39,803 nt of DNA, taken from positions 1-39,803 of the IMG/VR virus record IMGVR_UViG_3300031942_000022; one strand, 5' to 3'. The stretch is from a virus (Duplodnaviria > Caudoviricetes). Positions 1-9,283 of this stretch are shown here, one piece after another (within the stretch, counting starts at the first letter, position 1; each line of letters opens with the position of its first letter). The notes beneath the pieces are model-generated. The model ran no database searches. It saw only the letters and a list, made by a program, of their open reading frames with translations, and was not told the origin of the DNA. A program made the translations under genes and the position numbers.

Positions 1-1
1 T

Positions 2-919
2 TTTGAGGCGTTCCAGCTTTCCCGGCAAAACGACGGACTGGCTTCGCGCACTATCCAATCCGATGCCGCCCGTTTGCGCAAATTGATGATTCGATATTCC
101 GACACGCCGATTGCCCAGCTTTCCAAAGTCCAATTACTTGAGTTCTTTGACGGCATTTCCAAGGGGAGTGTGCGCAGTATTTACAAAAGCGTGCGTAAAT
201 TTTTCTGTTGGGCGCATGAACGCAATTACCTGGGTGAAAACCCAATGGCAACGATTCGGCCGATCGGCGACTGGGGCATCAATAACGAGTTTTATCCGGT
301 CGAAACTTTTGCGCGGATGTTGCGGGTTGCCGCGGGACTTGAGGCACCGCGCAAAGGCGAGGAGCAAACCCGAGAATTTATCGCTCTGCTTCCGTACTTT
401 GTCCTGGGCGGATTCGCCGGCCTGCGCCCATGCGAACTGTTCCGCACTCGAGAAAAACCCGAATCAATCCGGTGGACCGATCTCTATTTTGCCGGAGTCG
501 ATCATCCGCATATTGAGATCCGGCATGAGGTCGCCAAACGCACCAAACGCAAAACCGGGTTGCGCCATATCGATATGCAAGCTGCGCTCGACGCGGTTAA
601 TGCCTGGTTAGGGCTCTGTGATCGGAATGAACCGTTTATCATAAAATTCGGCAGCCGTAAAATGCAGGACCTGAAAACCGCGTTTACTGAAAGGACTGGA
701 ATTAAGTTCCTGGAAAACGGGTTCCGAAACAGTTTCGCGACCTATGCGCTTTCCTATTCAACTTTAAGCGGGCTCGGTCATGTCGCCAAACAGATGGGCA
801 ATTCCGAGGCGATTTGTGCTGAGCATTATTCGCGGAATCTTCCTACAGGTTCTGGTAAAGCATGGTTCGATCTGCGACCGTTTGAAGTTATTCGAGTGAA
901 GGCTCAAGTTGCGGGTTAA
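2..919 (+). CDS. int: Tyrosine integrase, core-binding and catalytic part
   Basis: FAGLRPCE (catalytic Arg), NGFRNSFATY (variant of HxLRHS box), QMGNS...EHY (catalytic Tyr). Confidence 0.92.
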   Translation, partial: FEAFQLSRQNDGLASRTIQSDAARLRKLMIRYSDTPIAQLSKVQLLEFFDGISKGSVRSIYKSVRKFFCWAHERNYLGENPMATIRPIGDWGINNEFYPVETFARMLRVAAGLEAPRKGEEQTREFIALLPYFVLGGFAGLRPCELFRTREKPESIRWTDLYFAGVDHPHIEIRHEVAKRTKRKTGLRHIDMQAALDAVNAWLGLCDRNEPFIIKFGSRKMQDLKTAFTERTGIKFLENGFRNSFATYALSYSTLSGLGHVAKQMGNSEAICAEHYSRNLPTGSGKAWFDLRPFEVIRVKAQVAG

Positions 920-1173
920 GTGCTTTTCTTTTGTGCTGGGCCGGGCGGTTTCTTACCAGATCCCCGGCTTTTTTGTTTTCCCTCATCGATATCAGGTCTG
1001 GTGACGAACTGCGGCGGCCAGTCGGGGATCTGGCCGGCATGATACTGATTAGCGAACTGGAGCGCGATCGCTCGCAGGAATTTCGGCCGGCTGGTGCGCA
1101 GATATTCTCTGACGATCTTATCAAGCTTTTCGAATTCTTCCGGGCTCAAGTTCAGAGATCCAAAATGTGGCAC
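916..1173 (-). CDS. Small DNA-binding protein, ribbon-helix-helix/CopG-like; candidate immunity repressor
   Basis: SLNLSPEEFEKLDKIVREYLRTSRPKFLRAIA fits a strand-helix-helix pattern; divergent from the early operon across an AT-rich intergenic region. Confidence 0.5.
   Translation of the reverse strand: MPHFGSLNLSPEEFEKLDKIVREYLRTSRPKFLRAIALQFANQYHAGQIPDWPPQFVTRPDIDEGKQKSRGSGKKPPGPAQKKST
940..974 (+). terminator. Putative intrinsic terminator after integrase
   Basis: GCCGGG-N17-CCCGGC followed by TTTTTT; overlaps the 3' end of the convergent minus-strand ORF. Confidence 0.45.
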
Positions 1174-1652
1174 TGAAAAAAGATCGGCAAAAGTTAAAAT
1201 TTGCCAAATTAATTGATTTTGTCACGCATGCATTGCATTACGGTTTGGTAATCACGCAATGATTCCCGTTCTGCTTCAAACACTTACAAAAATCAGCGAT
1301 TTATGTAATGGAATTCATGACAAAAATTACCTCTTGAACCGTGAATTTCAGGTTGTCTCACCGTCTAAAGCTGATATCGCTCTTTATTGGTTTTGAGTGG
1401 GAAGTCCGAAAGATGCACGATTCATCTTGAAAATTACTGCTCCTTCAAGAAAAGGAAACCCGATCAAAGATGGGCTGATCTCAGATCGGGGTTCGCACGT
1501 TAGATCACGTCAGTTTACACCTTTAGAGAATGTAAACCTTTTCAGTTAATACACGAAAAGGTCGCAAACGTTCAACGTTTTTTTCTTCGATCGTTAAACT
1601 CTTCTCTCTCAAAGGGTTTTTAATTTTCAACGGGAAGAACCTTTTCTAGTAA

Positions 1653-1982
1653 ATGGGCAGACGCAAACGCCGGCCGACGATCGAGGTGCCATCAAGTACT
1701 GAACATCTAGAACGCAAGCGTTTGATCGAACGCCTCGCGGATGAACGACTCACCTATCAGGAAGCACTTTACGATACGACGACCAGGAAGCCGCGCTATC
1801 CGCTTGATATTGTCGTACCCGCATTGCTCAAAGCTCAACGTAAAGCGATCAAAAACGGTTCACGCCTTAAGCTTCTTGCTGACGAGCTTAAACATCATAA
1901 AGAAATATTCGAAGCTCTGGCTTGGGGCTGGCTGATTCCCTCCATCCTTCTCCTGAAAGATCTCGTCGATTTTCTGGCCTGA
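1653..1982 (+). CDS. Hypothetical protein, 109 aa
   Basis: ORF with ATG after AT-rich leader; no recognised motif. Confidence 0.55.
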   Translation: MGRRKRRPTIEVPSSTEHLERKRLIERLADERLTYQEALYDTTTRKPRYPLDIVVPALLKAQRKAIKNGSRLKLLADELKHHKEIFEALAWGWLIPSILLLKDLVDFLA

Positions 1983-2031
1983 AAAAACCTGTCAAATATC
2001 GATTTTAAAAAATTTCTCGAATAGACGGTTT

Positions 2032-2064
2032 TCGAAGAATTATCGAAATATCATCGAAATATGC
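2032..2064. promoter_or_regulatory. Three phased 11-bp direct repeats upstream of the Xis-like gene
   Basis: tcgaagaatta / tcgaaatatca / tcgaaatatgc start at 2032, 2043, 2054. Confidence 0.55.
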
Positions 2065-2107
2065 CGGTTTTTAATTTGTCCGAAATCTCCGGGACAATAG
2101 TGTTTGC

Positions 2108-2332
2108 GTGAGAACACTCTTTTCTCCGGAAGATCGGCGAAAAACGGTCAGAATATCGGAACTCGCCGAACTTACCGGATTTAATTCAAAAACCCTTTAC
2201 GAATGGGTCCGTAAAGGCGAGATCCCAACTTTTCGCCAGGGCAAAGGCCGCGGGCGCCGATTCTATTTTCACCGGACCGATCTCGAGATCTGGTGGAACA
2301 ACCTACATCAACAACGGAGCAACGGCGTATGA
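2108..2332 (+). CDS. Excisionase-like HTH_17/MerR-type DNA-binding protein
   Basis: ISELAELTGFNSKTLYEWVRKGEIPTFRQG...FYFHRTDLEIW is a typical Xis-family winged HTH. Confidence 0.88.
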   Translation: MRTLFSPEDRRKTVRISELAELTGFNSKTLYEWVRKGEIPTFRQGKGRGRRFYFHRTDLEIWWNNLHQQRSNGV

Positions 2333-2499
2333 CTACCGGAATCATTGCTCTTATTCTGTTGAGTTGGTCGGTAGTCAACGTCTGGGCGAGCTGGGGTTTG
2401 ATCCTGACAATCCGCAAACTGGATACCGAACGGCGCGCTTTGCGCCGCTGGGCCCGGTTAACTGTCATTCGCGACAAACAACAGCGGAATTGGAACTAG
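2329..2499 (+). CDS. Small membrane protein, 56 aa
   Basis: ATGA overlap with upstream stop; hydrophobic N-terminus MTTGIIALILLSWSVVNVWASWGLILTI. Confidence 0.6.
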   Translation: MTTGIIALILLSWSVVNVWASWGLILTIRKLDTERRALRRWARLTVIRDKQQRNWN

Positions 2500-2505
2500 C
2501 TATTT

Positions 2506-2925
2506 ATGGGCTGGAAACCGAGCTTTTTACCCAATCGCGTTTTGGAATGTATGAACCGCGAAGATCGGCCCAAAGGCCTTGCCGGTCTGACAAATCAGGA
2601 AGCCGAAGCCAAACGGGTATTCGAACTGGAGATTGATTTGCACAACCAGTTCTGGGGCTTCCTGCGCCGGAACGGGTTTGAAGATGTCGAGTATTCCAAT
2701 CCGCGGCGATCGACCCGGGCCAGGCGTGGCCGGCCGGATTTTCTCGTCTGTCGCAATAATCGGCGGCTAGGGATCGAATTCAAAATTAATCCTAACAAAC
2801 TTTCGACTGATCAAGTCAAATTTTTCGAGATGGCCCAACGCCAGGGTAATAGTTGCCTTTGTTGTTACGATTATCCGTCTGCCGTCTCGGCTGTTACTGA
2901 GTTTTTCAATATTATCGCACACTAA
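2506..2925 (+). CDS. VRR-NUC domain nuclease (resolvase-like)
   Basis: GRPDFLVC...LGIEFK...LSTDQVKF matches the VRR-NUC PD-(D/E)XK pattern. Confidence 0.85.
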   Translation: MGWKPSFLPNRVLECMNREDRPKGLAGLTNQEAEAKRVFELEIDLHNQFWGFLRRNGFEDVEYSNPRRSTRARRGRPDFLVCRNNRRLGIEFKINPNKLSTDQVKFFEMAQRQGNSCLCCYDYPSAVSAVTEFFNIIAH

Positions 2926-2952
2926 AAATTATCCAAACAATCACTCCCTAAT

Positions 2953-4062
2953 ATGATGAATACAGAATCCCCCGAACAAGCAACGTCGTCGGCTGAGCGA
3001 TCACTAGCAGTGCGCCAGGCCCAGCAAATACTAACCGGCGATCGCGGCTTGAGGCTAACTAATTACGAAGAAATGTATCGGTTCGCCAAAGCCGTTGCCC
3101 AATCAAAATTTAAACCTGTTCCTGATTGGACCGAAGTCGATTGTTTTATCTGTTTGCAGAAAGGTGCCGAGGTCGGCATGACTCCTATGCAATCCCTGGA
3201 ATCGATCTACATAGTCAATAATCGGGCCACGCTCTTTGGCGATGCGCCAAAAGGCTTAATCGAAGCTTCGGGATTGATGGTCGATTATGATCAATACGAG
3301 GAAGGCAAACCGTTTGAAGACGACTACAAATATGTTGTCACCAGTCACCGCAAAGGCCGTTCCAAACCGCTAACGACAACGTATTCGGTTGCTGACGCGA
3401 AATTAGCTAAACTCTGGGGTAAAGCAGGCTCATGGACAACTGCGCCTAAACGCATGCTGATGTTCCGGGCTCGTGGGTTCAATCTGCGGGATAATTTCGC
3501 GGATATCCTTAAAGGATTCACGATCGGCGAGTTGCTCGATGAGGAATCGGTTGCCGGGTTCGAAAACGCCAAAACCGCTAGCGCCAAAATCGTCGAGCCC
3601 AATTTCGATAAAGAACCAACAGTCCCAGACCAGCCGGGTGCCCCGCCAATTGCCGCCGAGATCGAAACGCCGCGCCGTAGTCCCGGCCGGCCGCGCAAAC
3701 ATCCATTACCGGAAACTCCTAAACCCGAGGAATCCGAACCCCAAAAACAGGAACAACCAGAGGCTGCGCCACAACCCCAAACCCCGACGCCAACCGCGCC
3801 AGGTGACCGTCAGGCTTCGTTTTTCTCCGAGCAAGAGTCAACACCCGACAGGCCAGTAAAAGAAATCTTAAAACGGCTTAGAGAGATCCGCGCATCGGAA
3901 GACAAATTCTTAATGCTGATGCGCGAGTACGGCTTTGTGGATTGTGAGCCGGGCGAAATCACGATGGGTACATTCACGATTGGGAACATGGCGGAAAAAG
4001 ATCTCCAGCTCGCCATGCTGAACTGGAACCAGATCGAGCAAAGGCTCACTGAACAAAAATAA
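2953..4062 (+). CDS. RecT-like single-strand annealing protein with Pro/Glu-rich linker and AT-hook
   Basis: KGAEVGMTPMQSLESIYIVNNR, AKLAKLWGK.GSW..APKRML..RA.GF.LRD.FADIL.G; PGRPRKHP AT-hook. Confidence 0.85.
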   Translation: MMNTESPEQATSSAERSLAVRQAQQILTGDRGLRLTNYEEMYRFAKAVAQSKFKPVPDWTEVDCFICLQKGAEVGMTPMQSLESIYIVNNRATLFGDAPKGLIEASGLMVDYDQYEEGKPFEDDYKYVVTSHRKGRSKPLTTTYSVADAKLAKLWGKAGSWTTAPKRMLMFRARGFNLRDNFADILKGFTIGELLDEESVAGFENAKTASAKIVEPNFDKEPTVPDQPGAPPIAAEIETPRRSPGRPRKHPLPETPKPEESEPQKQEQPEAAPQPQTPTPTAPGDRQASFFSEQESTPDRPVKEILKRLREIRASEDKFLMLMREYGFVDCEPGEITMGTFTIGNMAEKDLQLAMLNWNQIEQRLTEQK

Positions 4063-5225
4063 TGAACGATCCGCGCAGAGGTCTTTCCAGCGGGTCGAAA
4101 ATGGGCCGACTCGCTGAATGCCCGGGTTCCCTGGCGATGGAAAATGAAATCCGCGTATCCGGCCGCGGATTTGAACTTCCCGATCCAGCCCGCGGTAGCG
4201 GTCTCAAGATTCACAACTGGAACGCGAAAGAAGTGACAGGCAAAATAACCGCCGAAATCGATTTATCCTCCGATGAATTAGTCACGGCTCGCAAAGCTGC
4301 TGAACTGCGCAACGCGGCGCTAGAGTACTGGCGCAGTCAAGCCGCAACTAATAATGAGGATGAACTAGTGATCGAAAAACGTTTCTGGTATCGCCGCGGC
4401 CTGATCCCGTTATTTAGCGCCCAGCTTGATATTGCTGTGATTAACCACGCCGGCCGGCGCGCGCTGATTTTAGATTATAAAAGTGGCCGGCTGGAGGTAG
4501 AGGAAGCCGCCGATAACCTCCAATTGCGGACCGAGGTCGTTTTACTTAAACACAACTATCCGGACCTGGAAGAAATCTCGGCGGCAATTATTGAGCCGTG
4601 GGTAAGCTGGGATTCGGTCCAGGTCATGTACAAAAGTGATGACTTGCGCCAGGCCGAAAATCAGATCCTAGCAATTGTCGATTCTACAATCTGGAAAGCC
4701 GATAAACGCGTGGCCGGCCCCTGGTGCAAACATTGCAGCGCCAAAACCTATTGCCAGGAAGCTATTGATTATGTCCAGACGATTCCAAAATTTGATGCCG
4801 AAAAGATGGTCGCCGAGCTCCCACGCGGCGAGGCCGGCACCAAGCTCTGGGAACGGCTCAAGGTTGCCAAGAAACTCCTGGAAGCAATCGAGACCGCTTA
4901 TACGCGGATTCTGCAAGATGTTCCGGATGCTTTACCGGGTTATGTTCTGCCCGAACGCGGCAGAGGCAGGCGCCGGGTACCGTTTCCAGAGCAATTAAAG
5001 GAAGCGCTTAAAGAATATTTAACCGGACCTGAAATCGACGGCTGCGCCGATTATCGGGTGGCGCGAATCGAGGAATTGCTCGGGATCAAACACCGGATCG
5101 AGGACAAAAAAGAGCTCAGCCGGCTGTTTCAGCAATTAACTAAGGACGCGATCACGGTCACATTTGATGAACCGTTTATCCGAGCATTGACGAGGCGGGA
5201 GCGCGAAATGTTAGCCAAAGTTTAG
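4062..5225 (+). CDS. DUF2800/Cas4-like PD-(D/E)XK exonuclease
   Basis: SGSKMGRLAECPGS, QLD...ILDYKSG, NLQL, GPWCKHCSAKTYC cysteine cluster; coupled to the RecT-like gene. Confidence 0.85.
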   Translation: MNDPRRGLSSGSKMGRLAECPGSLAMENEIRVSGRGFELPDPARGSGLKIHNWNAKEVTGKITAEIDLSSDELVTARKAAELRNAALEYWRSQAATNNEDELVIEKRFWYRRGLIPLFSAQLDIAVINHAGRRALILDYKSGRLEVEEAADNLQLRTEVVLLKHNYPDLEEISAAIIEPWVSWDSVQVMYKSDDLRQAENQILAIVDSTIWKADKRVAGPWCKHCSAKTYCQEAIDYVQTIPKFDAEKMVAELPRGEAGTKLWERLKVAKKLLEAIETAYTRILQDVPDALPGYVLPERGRGRRRVPFPEQLKEALKEYLTGPEIDGCADYRVARIEELLGIKHRIEDKKELSRLFQQLTKDAITVTFDEPFIRALTRREREMLAKV

Positions 5226-5231
5226 CTTAAA

Positions 5232-6551
5232 ATGATAACGATCCCTCTAGACCAGATTATCTTTCGTGAAGACCTTTATCCACGGATAGAAACTAATCCA
5301 TTGACGGTCCAAAAGTATGCCGAAGATTTGGAAGTTTTGCCGCCGATTGAGATTAATCAGCACAATGAATTAATCGATGGTTGGCACCGGTGGACAGCGC
5401 ATAAGAAGGTTAAAGCAGAATCGATTCAGGTCATCGTCACCGAAACCAAAAGTGAAGCAGAATTTTTGGAATTGGCGATCGAACGCAACGCTACGCACGG
5501 CTTGCAACTTAGCCAACGCGATAAAGAAAAAATGGCGGGCCGACTTTATGCGGCATTCCTTCGGGCCAATCCGAGCAAAAAAGAATGTACAGAATATAAA
5601 GAGAGATTAGCCAATAAGGTCTTAAAATGCGGCTTACGTTCGATTGAAAGATGGACTGCCCGCGACGATCGGGACCATGAAAAGGATCTGGAAGAAATAG
5701 CTTTTGCTGCTTGGCTGGCTAATTCGACACAAGAAGAGATCGCCGAACTCACCGGTTGGTCGCGACCTAAAACGACTGAATTTGTCAATTCTCGCCAAAT
5801 GGCGAATTCTGACAAACCTGCCGCAAATTACCTGGAAACCGACGAGGACGGAAATTTGCTATTTGAGACTCCGATTTATAATGTTTGGAAGCAGCAAAAC
5901 AAAAGCACCGGATCCGAACATTTTGGCAATACCGAAGTCCGTTGGCTTGATAATATTCTCTATCTTTATACGAGCCCATTTGATCTTGTAATTGATCCAT
6001 TCGCGGGCGGCGGTTCGACGATTGATTTATGTAAAAAGCGACTGCGCCGGTATTGGGTAAGCGACCGACTGCCACTGATTGAGCGGGAAAAGGAAATTCG
6101 ACAACATGACCTGGTCGATGGAATGCCCGCCATTCACAATTGGAAAGAGGTAAAATTAGTTTATCTCGACCCACCATATTGGTGGCAAGCTAAAGGTAAA
6201 TACAGCGAAGATTCCAATGATTTGGCCAATATGTCCTTAAGCGATTTTAGCGAAACGCTTTCGAAAATTATTAAGGATTTCAAAACAAAGATAAAACTGG
6301 CGCATCGCCAGGATAATGGCACCGAATCGGTTTACATTGCTTTGGTTATTTCTCCTACCCAGTGGGCTGCGCCGGATCGACAGTTTACAGACCACCTCGC
6401 TGATCTAATTAAATCAATCGAATTGACCATCAATATGCGGTTTTCCATCCCGTACGAAAGCCAGCAATACAATGGGCTCCAGGCCGAATGGGCAAAGCAA
6501 AATAAGAAATGCTTGGTGCTGACACGCGAAATCATTGTTTGGAGAGTCTAA
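5232..6551 (+). CDS. ParB-like N-terminal domain fused to an amino-methyltransferase (N6A/N4C)
   Basis: PPIEIN..NELIDGWHRWTA...ERNATHG (ParB/Srx fold); DPFAGGGST (motif I) then YLDPPY (motif IV). Confidence 0.88.
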   Translation: MITIPLDQIIFREDLYPRIETNPLTVQKYAEDLEVLPPIEINQHNELIDGWHRWTAHKKVKAESIQVIVTETKSEAEFLELAIERNATHGLQLSQRDKEKMAGRLYAAFLRANPSKKECTEYKERLANKVLKCGLRSIERWTARDDRDHEKDLEEIAFAAWLANSTQEEIAELTGWSRPKTTEFVNSRQMANSDKPAANYLETDEDGNLLFETPIYNVWKQQNKSTGSEHFGNTEVRWLDNILYLYTSPFDLVIDPFAGGGSTIDLCKKRLRRYWVSDRLPLIEREKEIRQHDLVDGMPAIHNWKEVKLVYLDPPYWWQAKGKYSEDSNDLANMSLSDFSETLSKIIKDFKTKIKLAHRQDNGTESVYIALVISPTQWAAPDRQFTDHLADLIKSIELTINMRFSIPYESQQYNGLQAEWAKQNKKCLVLTREIIVWRV

Positions 6552-6554
6552 CAA

Positions 6555-7052
6555 ATGGGTTGCGGCCGGCAATATTGCCCAAATTGCAAACAAGAATTGA
6601 TTCATCGGGATAACCGACAATCCTTTGAATCCTCTAGTTCGCTTGGCGCAATTTTGCACCGGGAAGGGCCAGCCGAAATGAGCTTATGCGATATTGATGC
6701 ATGTATATGGAAAAAGTCCTCTAACACTTTACGTATTATCGAACATAAACAAGCGCAAGCACATCTAGGAGATCAACAATTGAAAAGCTTGTTAAAACTT
6801 CGGACTGCGATCGATGCTGGTATTAAAGCTGGTTTATTAGACAATAAAAGCGGCGTTTATGTCCTGCGCGGATCATTGCAATCAATAAATAAAGGTCATC
6901 TAAAAGTTGATTTTAGCGGGCCGCAAGTTCTTGAATCGCTCGATCGAGAGGTCATTATAAAATTTACTTCACGCCAAGAGTTATATGATTGGCTTAATTG
7001 CGGTTCTAATTGGAGCCCGCGCAATGGTAAAATAAGGGTTGAATATCAATGA
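6555..7052 (+). CDS. Hypothetical protein with N-terminal CxxC and PD-(D/E)XK-like motif
   Basis: YCPNC; CDID...RIIEHK...DQQ; starts 3 nt after the MTase stop. Confidence 0.6.
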   Translation: MGCGRQYCPNCKQELIHRDNRQSFESSSSLGAILHREGPAEMSLCDIDACIWKKSSNTLRIIEHKQAQAHLGDQQLKSLLKLRTAIDAGIKAGLLDNKSGVYVLRGSLQSINKGHLKVDFSGPQVLESLDREVIIKFTSRQELYDWLNCGSNWSPRNGKIRVEYQ

Positions 7053-7243
7053 CCCGCCCATTCACCTTCGCCGAATTGGTCAAATGTGCCCGGCGCGAAC
7101 TCGCCCAGCGGCGCCGGGTGTATTTCCGGCTGGTAAGCCAGGGCAAAATGGATCCTCAGGATGCCGAGGACGAAATGCTGATGATGGAAGCAATTGCCGA
7201 ATTTTTCGAAGGCAAAACTCAGCCGAAACTTTTTCCGGAATGA
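7049..7243 (+). CDS. Small phage hypothetical protein, 64 aa
   Basis: ATGA overlaps at both ends; CARRELAQRRRVY..LV..GKM resembles a recurrent phage early protein. Confidence 0.75.
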   Translation: MTRPFTFAELVKCARRELAQRRRVYFRLVSQGKMDPQDAEDEMLMMEAIAEFFEGKTQPKLFPE

Positions 7244-7461
7244 ATCCACAAGATAACCGCAAACTCGATCTAAGCGGCTGGCGCACCACGCGCCTCCAAT
7301 TCCTCTTAAGCGATTACGAGACCGCTTTAGATTCCCTCGAACGCCTGCAACCCGGCCGGCGCAAAGAAATCTGGCTTTACTGGCAATGGATCAAAGCCAT
7401 CAGGGAAGAACTCAGTAACCGTGAACGATCCAAATGGATTCCGCGACTCAGACACCGCTGA
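7240..7461 (+). CDS. Hypothetical protein, 73 aa
   Basis: Start MNPQDN at ATG 7240 overlaps the previous stop; 3' part of track ORF 7039..7461. Confidence 0.55.
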   Translation: MNPQDNRKLDLSGWRTTRLQFLLSDYETALDSLERLQPGRRKEIWLYWQWIKAIREELSNRERSKWIPRLRHR

Positions 7462-8000
7462 CTTTCCATTTCGCGCCAGAAATAGAGGAAGCGGCCGTCT
7501 CGATTCTTTGGCATGAACCCGACCGGTTAGGGGTTTTCCTCCGCGAGATCGATCCTCTTGCGCATATCACCCAACCGCATATACGGATAATTTTGGAAGC
7601 GATTGACCTGGCCTGGCGCCAGCTCGGGACGACGGACTTCGAAACTATCGGCCAGATCATAACCGAATTAGCTAAACTGGAGGAGGTCGGCGGCAAAGAC
7701 GCTCTGAACCGGATTTATGGGATTCACCTGTACCGCTCAAACCGCGAAAACATCGACGCGATCTTTGCTCATTACACTGATATGCTCAAAAAATACGCTG
7801 AAGCTCGAAAGACTGATCCGCCAACGCGAGTCTACCGCTTTACCGGCGGCTATGGAACCGTTATCCGCAAAAAAGCCAAAGTCGGCAGAACCGATCATTT
7901 CTGGGGTGAATCGATTATCAACGGCCGGCATTACCGTACCAGAGTCGAGGTTTCACCTGACGGCAATACTCTCAATTTACGATTTGACCCCAAATTCTAA
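7434..8000 (+). CDS. Stand-alone DnaB helicase N-terminal-like domain protein
   Basis: APEIEEAAVSILWHEP...HIRIILEAI.L......DFETI...L.....LEEVGG..AL resembles DnaB_N; no ATPase domain. Confidence 0.7.
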   Translation: MDSATQTPLTFHFAPEIEEAAVSILWHEPDRLGVFLREIDPLAHITQPHIRIILEAIDLAWRQLGTTDFETIGQIITELAKLEEVGGKDALNRIYGIHLYRSNRENIDAIFAHYTDMLKKYAEARKTDPPTRVYRFTGGYGTVIRKKAKVGRTDHFWGESIINGRHYRTRVEVSPDGNTLNLRFDPKF

Positions 8001-8024
8001 ATCTTAAGGAAGGCCCCACTAAAA

Positions 8025-9068
8025 ATGGACCAAGGCGAATTCGTTCCCCTGATTGCCTTGAATACGGCGCCCGATTGGCCGGCACCGATTGAATACATGG
8101 AGTTTGAAAATCAACAGATCGATAAACCGCGCGCGCTGGTCCAAAATCTGTTGGACGTCGCCAGCCGGATGATCTTTGGCGGTGGCTCGAAGACTTATAA
8201 GACCTGGGCTATGTCGGATCTGGCTATCTCGATTGCCGGCGGAGTTTCCTGGTGGGATTTCCCGGCGTTTCAAGCCTATGTGCTCTATGTCAATTTCGAG
8301 CTCAAAGATTATTACATGCAAAAACGCCTGCGAGCGATCCGGTTGGCCAAAGGAATCGAGCTTAAACCGGGCCAACTGCGAATCTGGAACCTGCGCGGGT
8401 ACGAAATTGAACTCGAGTATTTTAAAAACGAATTACTCAGACTGATTCGCGCTTTTCGAGTCGTGGTGGTTTTCATTGACCCGTTTTACAAACTTCTGGG
8501 CTCAAAAGACGAGCGGGTTTCGGCCGAGATCAATCAAATCATGGCGACTTTCGATGAAATCAATCGCTTGACTCAAACCAGCGTAATCTTTGCCGCGCAT
8601 TTCACCAAAGGTAACCAAGCCGGCAAAGAAGCGATCGACCGCATAAGCGGCGGCGGCTCAATCAATCGGGATCCGGACAACCTGGTTACGCTGACAAAAC
8701 ACAATACTGAACACGCCTTTACCGTAGAATTCACCTTACGCGATTTCCCGCCAATCGAGCCTTTCGTTGTCCGCTGGGAACATCCGCTACTGGTTCGCGA
8801 CAATGAGCTTGACCCAAAAAACATTAAAAAAATTGGAGGCAAGCCAACTCAATGCGCCGCAGAAGAAATTTTCAGCCTGATCGAAGCCGACGACGACGGT
8901 TTAACGACCAATGATCTGGTTGAAAAGATTGAAGTCAAGCTCGGCTGGAGCAGAGCAACTGTGATGCGCAAATTGAGCGAACTTCACAAAGAAAAACGGA
9001 TCTTCAAATCAAAGGCTACCGAATGCTGGAACATCAGCCCAAATCAAGTCTTAAATCATGTCTCATAA
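8025..9068 (+). CDS. AAA_25/RepA-like SF4 helicase with C-terminal winged helix
   Basis: GGGSKTYKT Walker A, VLYVNFE, VVFIDP Walker B, AHFTKG; C-terminal TTNDLVEKI...WSRATVMRKLSEL. Confidence 0.88.
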   Translation: MDQGEFVPLIALNTAPDWPAPIEYMEFENQQIDKPRALVQNLLDVASRMIFGGGSKTYKTWAMSDLAISIAGGVSWWDFPAFQAYVLYVNFELKDYYMQKRLRAIRLAKGIELKPGQLRIWNLRGYEIELEYFKNELLRLIRAFRVVVVFIDPFYKLLGSKDERVSAEINQIMATFDEINRLTQTSVIFAAHFTKGNQAGKEAIDRISGGGSINRDPDNLVTLTKHNTEHAFTVEFTLRDFPPIEPFVVRWEHPLLVRDNELDPKNIKKIGGKPTQCAAEEIFSLIEADDDGLTTNDLVEKIEVKLGWSRATVMRKLSELHKEKRIFKSKATECWNISPNQVLNHVS

Positions 9069-9255
9069 CCCTGATACCTTGATATAGAGATATAAGACTT
9101 ATACCCGAACGGTGTGTGTATCATTAATGTAATCAAAACTCACTCACGCTCCGCTGAGTTTTGATACTTAATTGAGACCACAACGTGCGGAGTGATATGT
9201 CAAGCTTATTCTTTGTTACTCTCTTACTTTAAAAGAAAAAAAGATATTGAGACAT
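9058..9255. promoter_or_regulatory. Putative replication origin (short repeats around an inverted repeat)
   Basis: AT-rich; repeated TGATAC/TGATAT/TGAGAC and complements; ATCAAAACTCA (9132-9142) / TGAGTTTTGAT (9155-9165); directly after the helicase. Confidence 0.5.
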
Positions 9256-9283
9256 CTGTTTTAAGTAAAATTTACCCGCTTAA

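Noticed and set aside
4062-5225. Cas4 as part of a CRISPR system
   Set aside because: Paired with a RecT-like gene as a phage recombination nuclease; no array.
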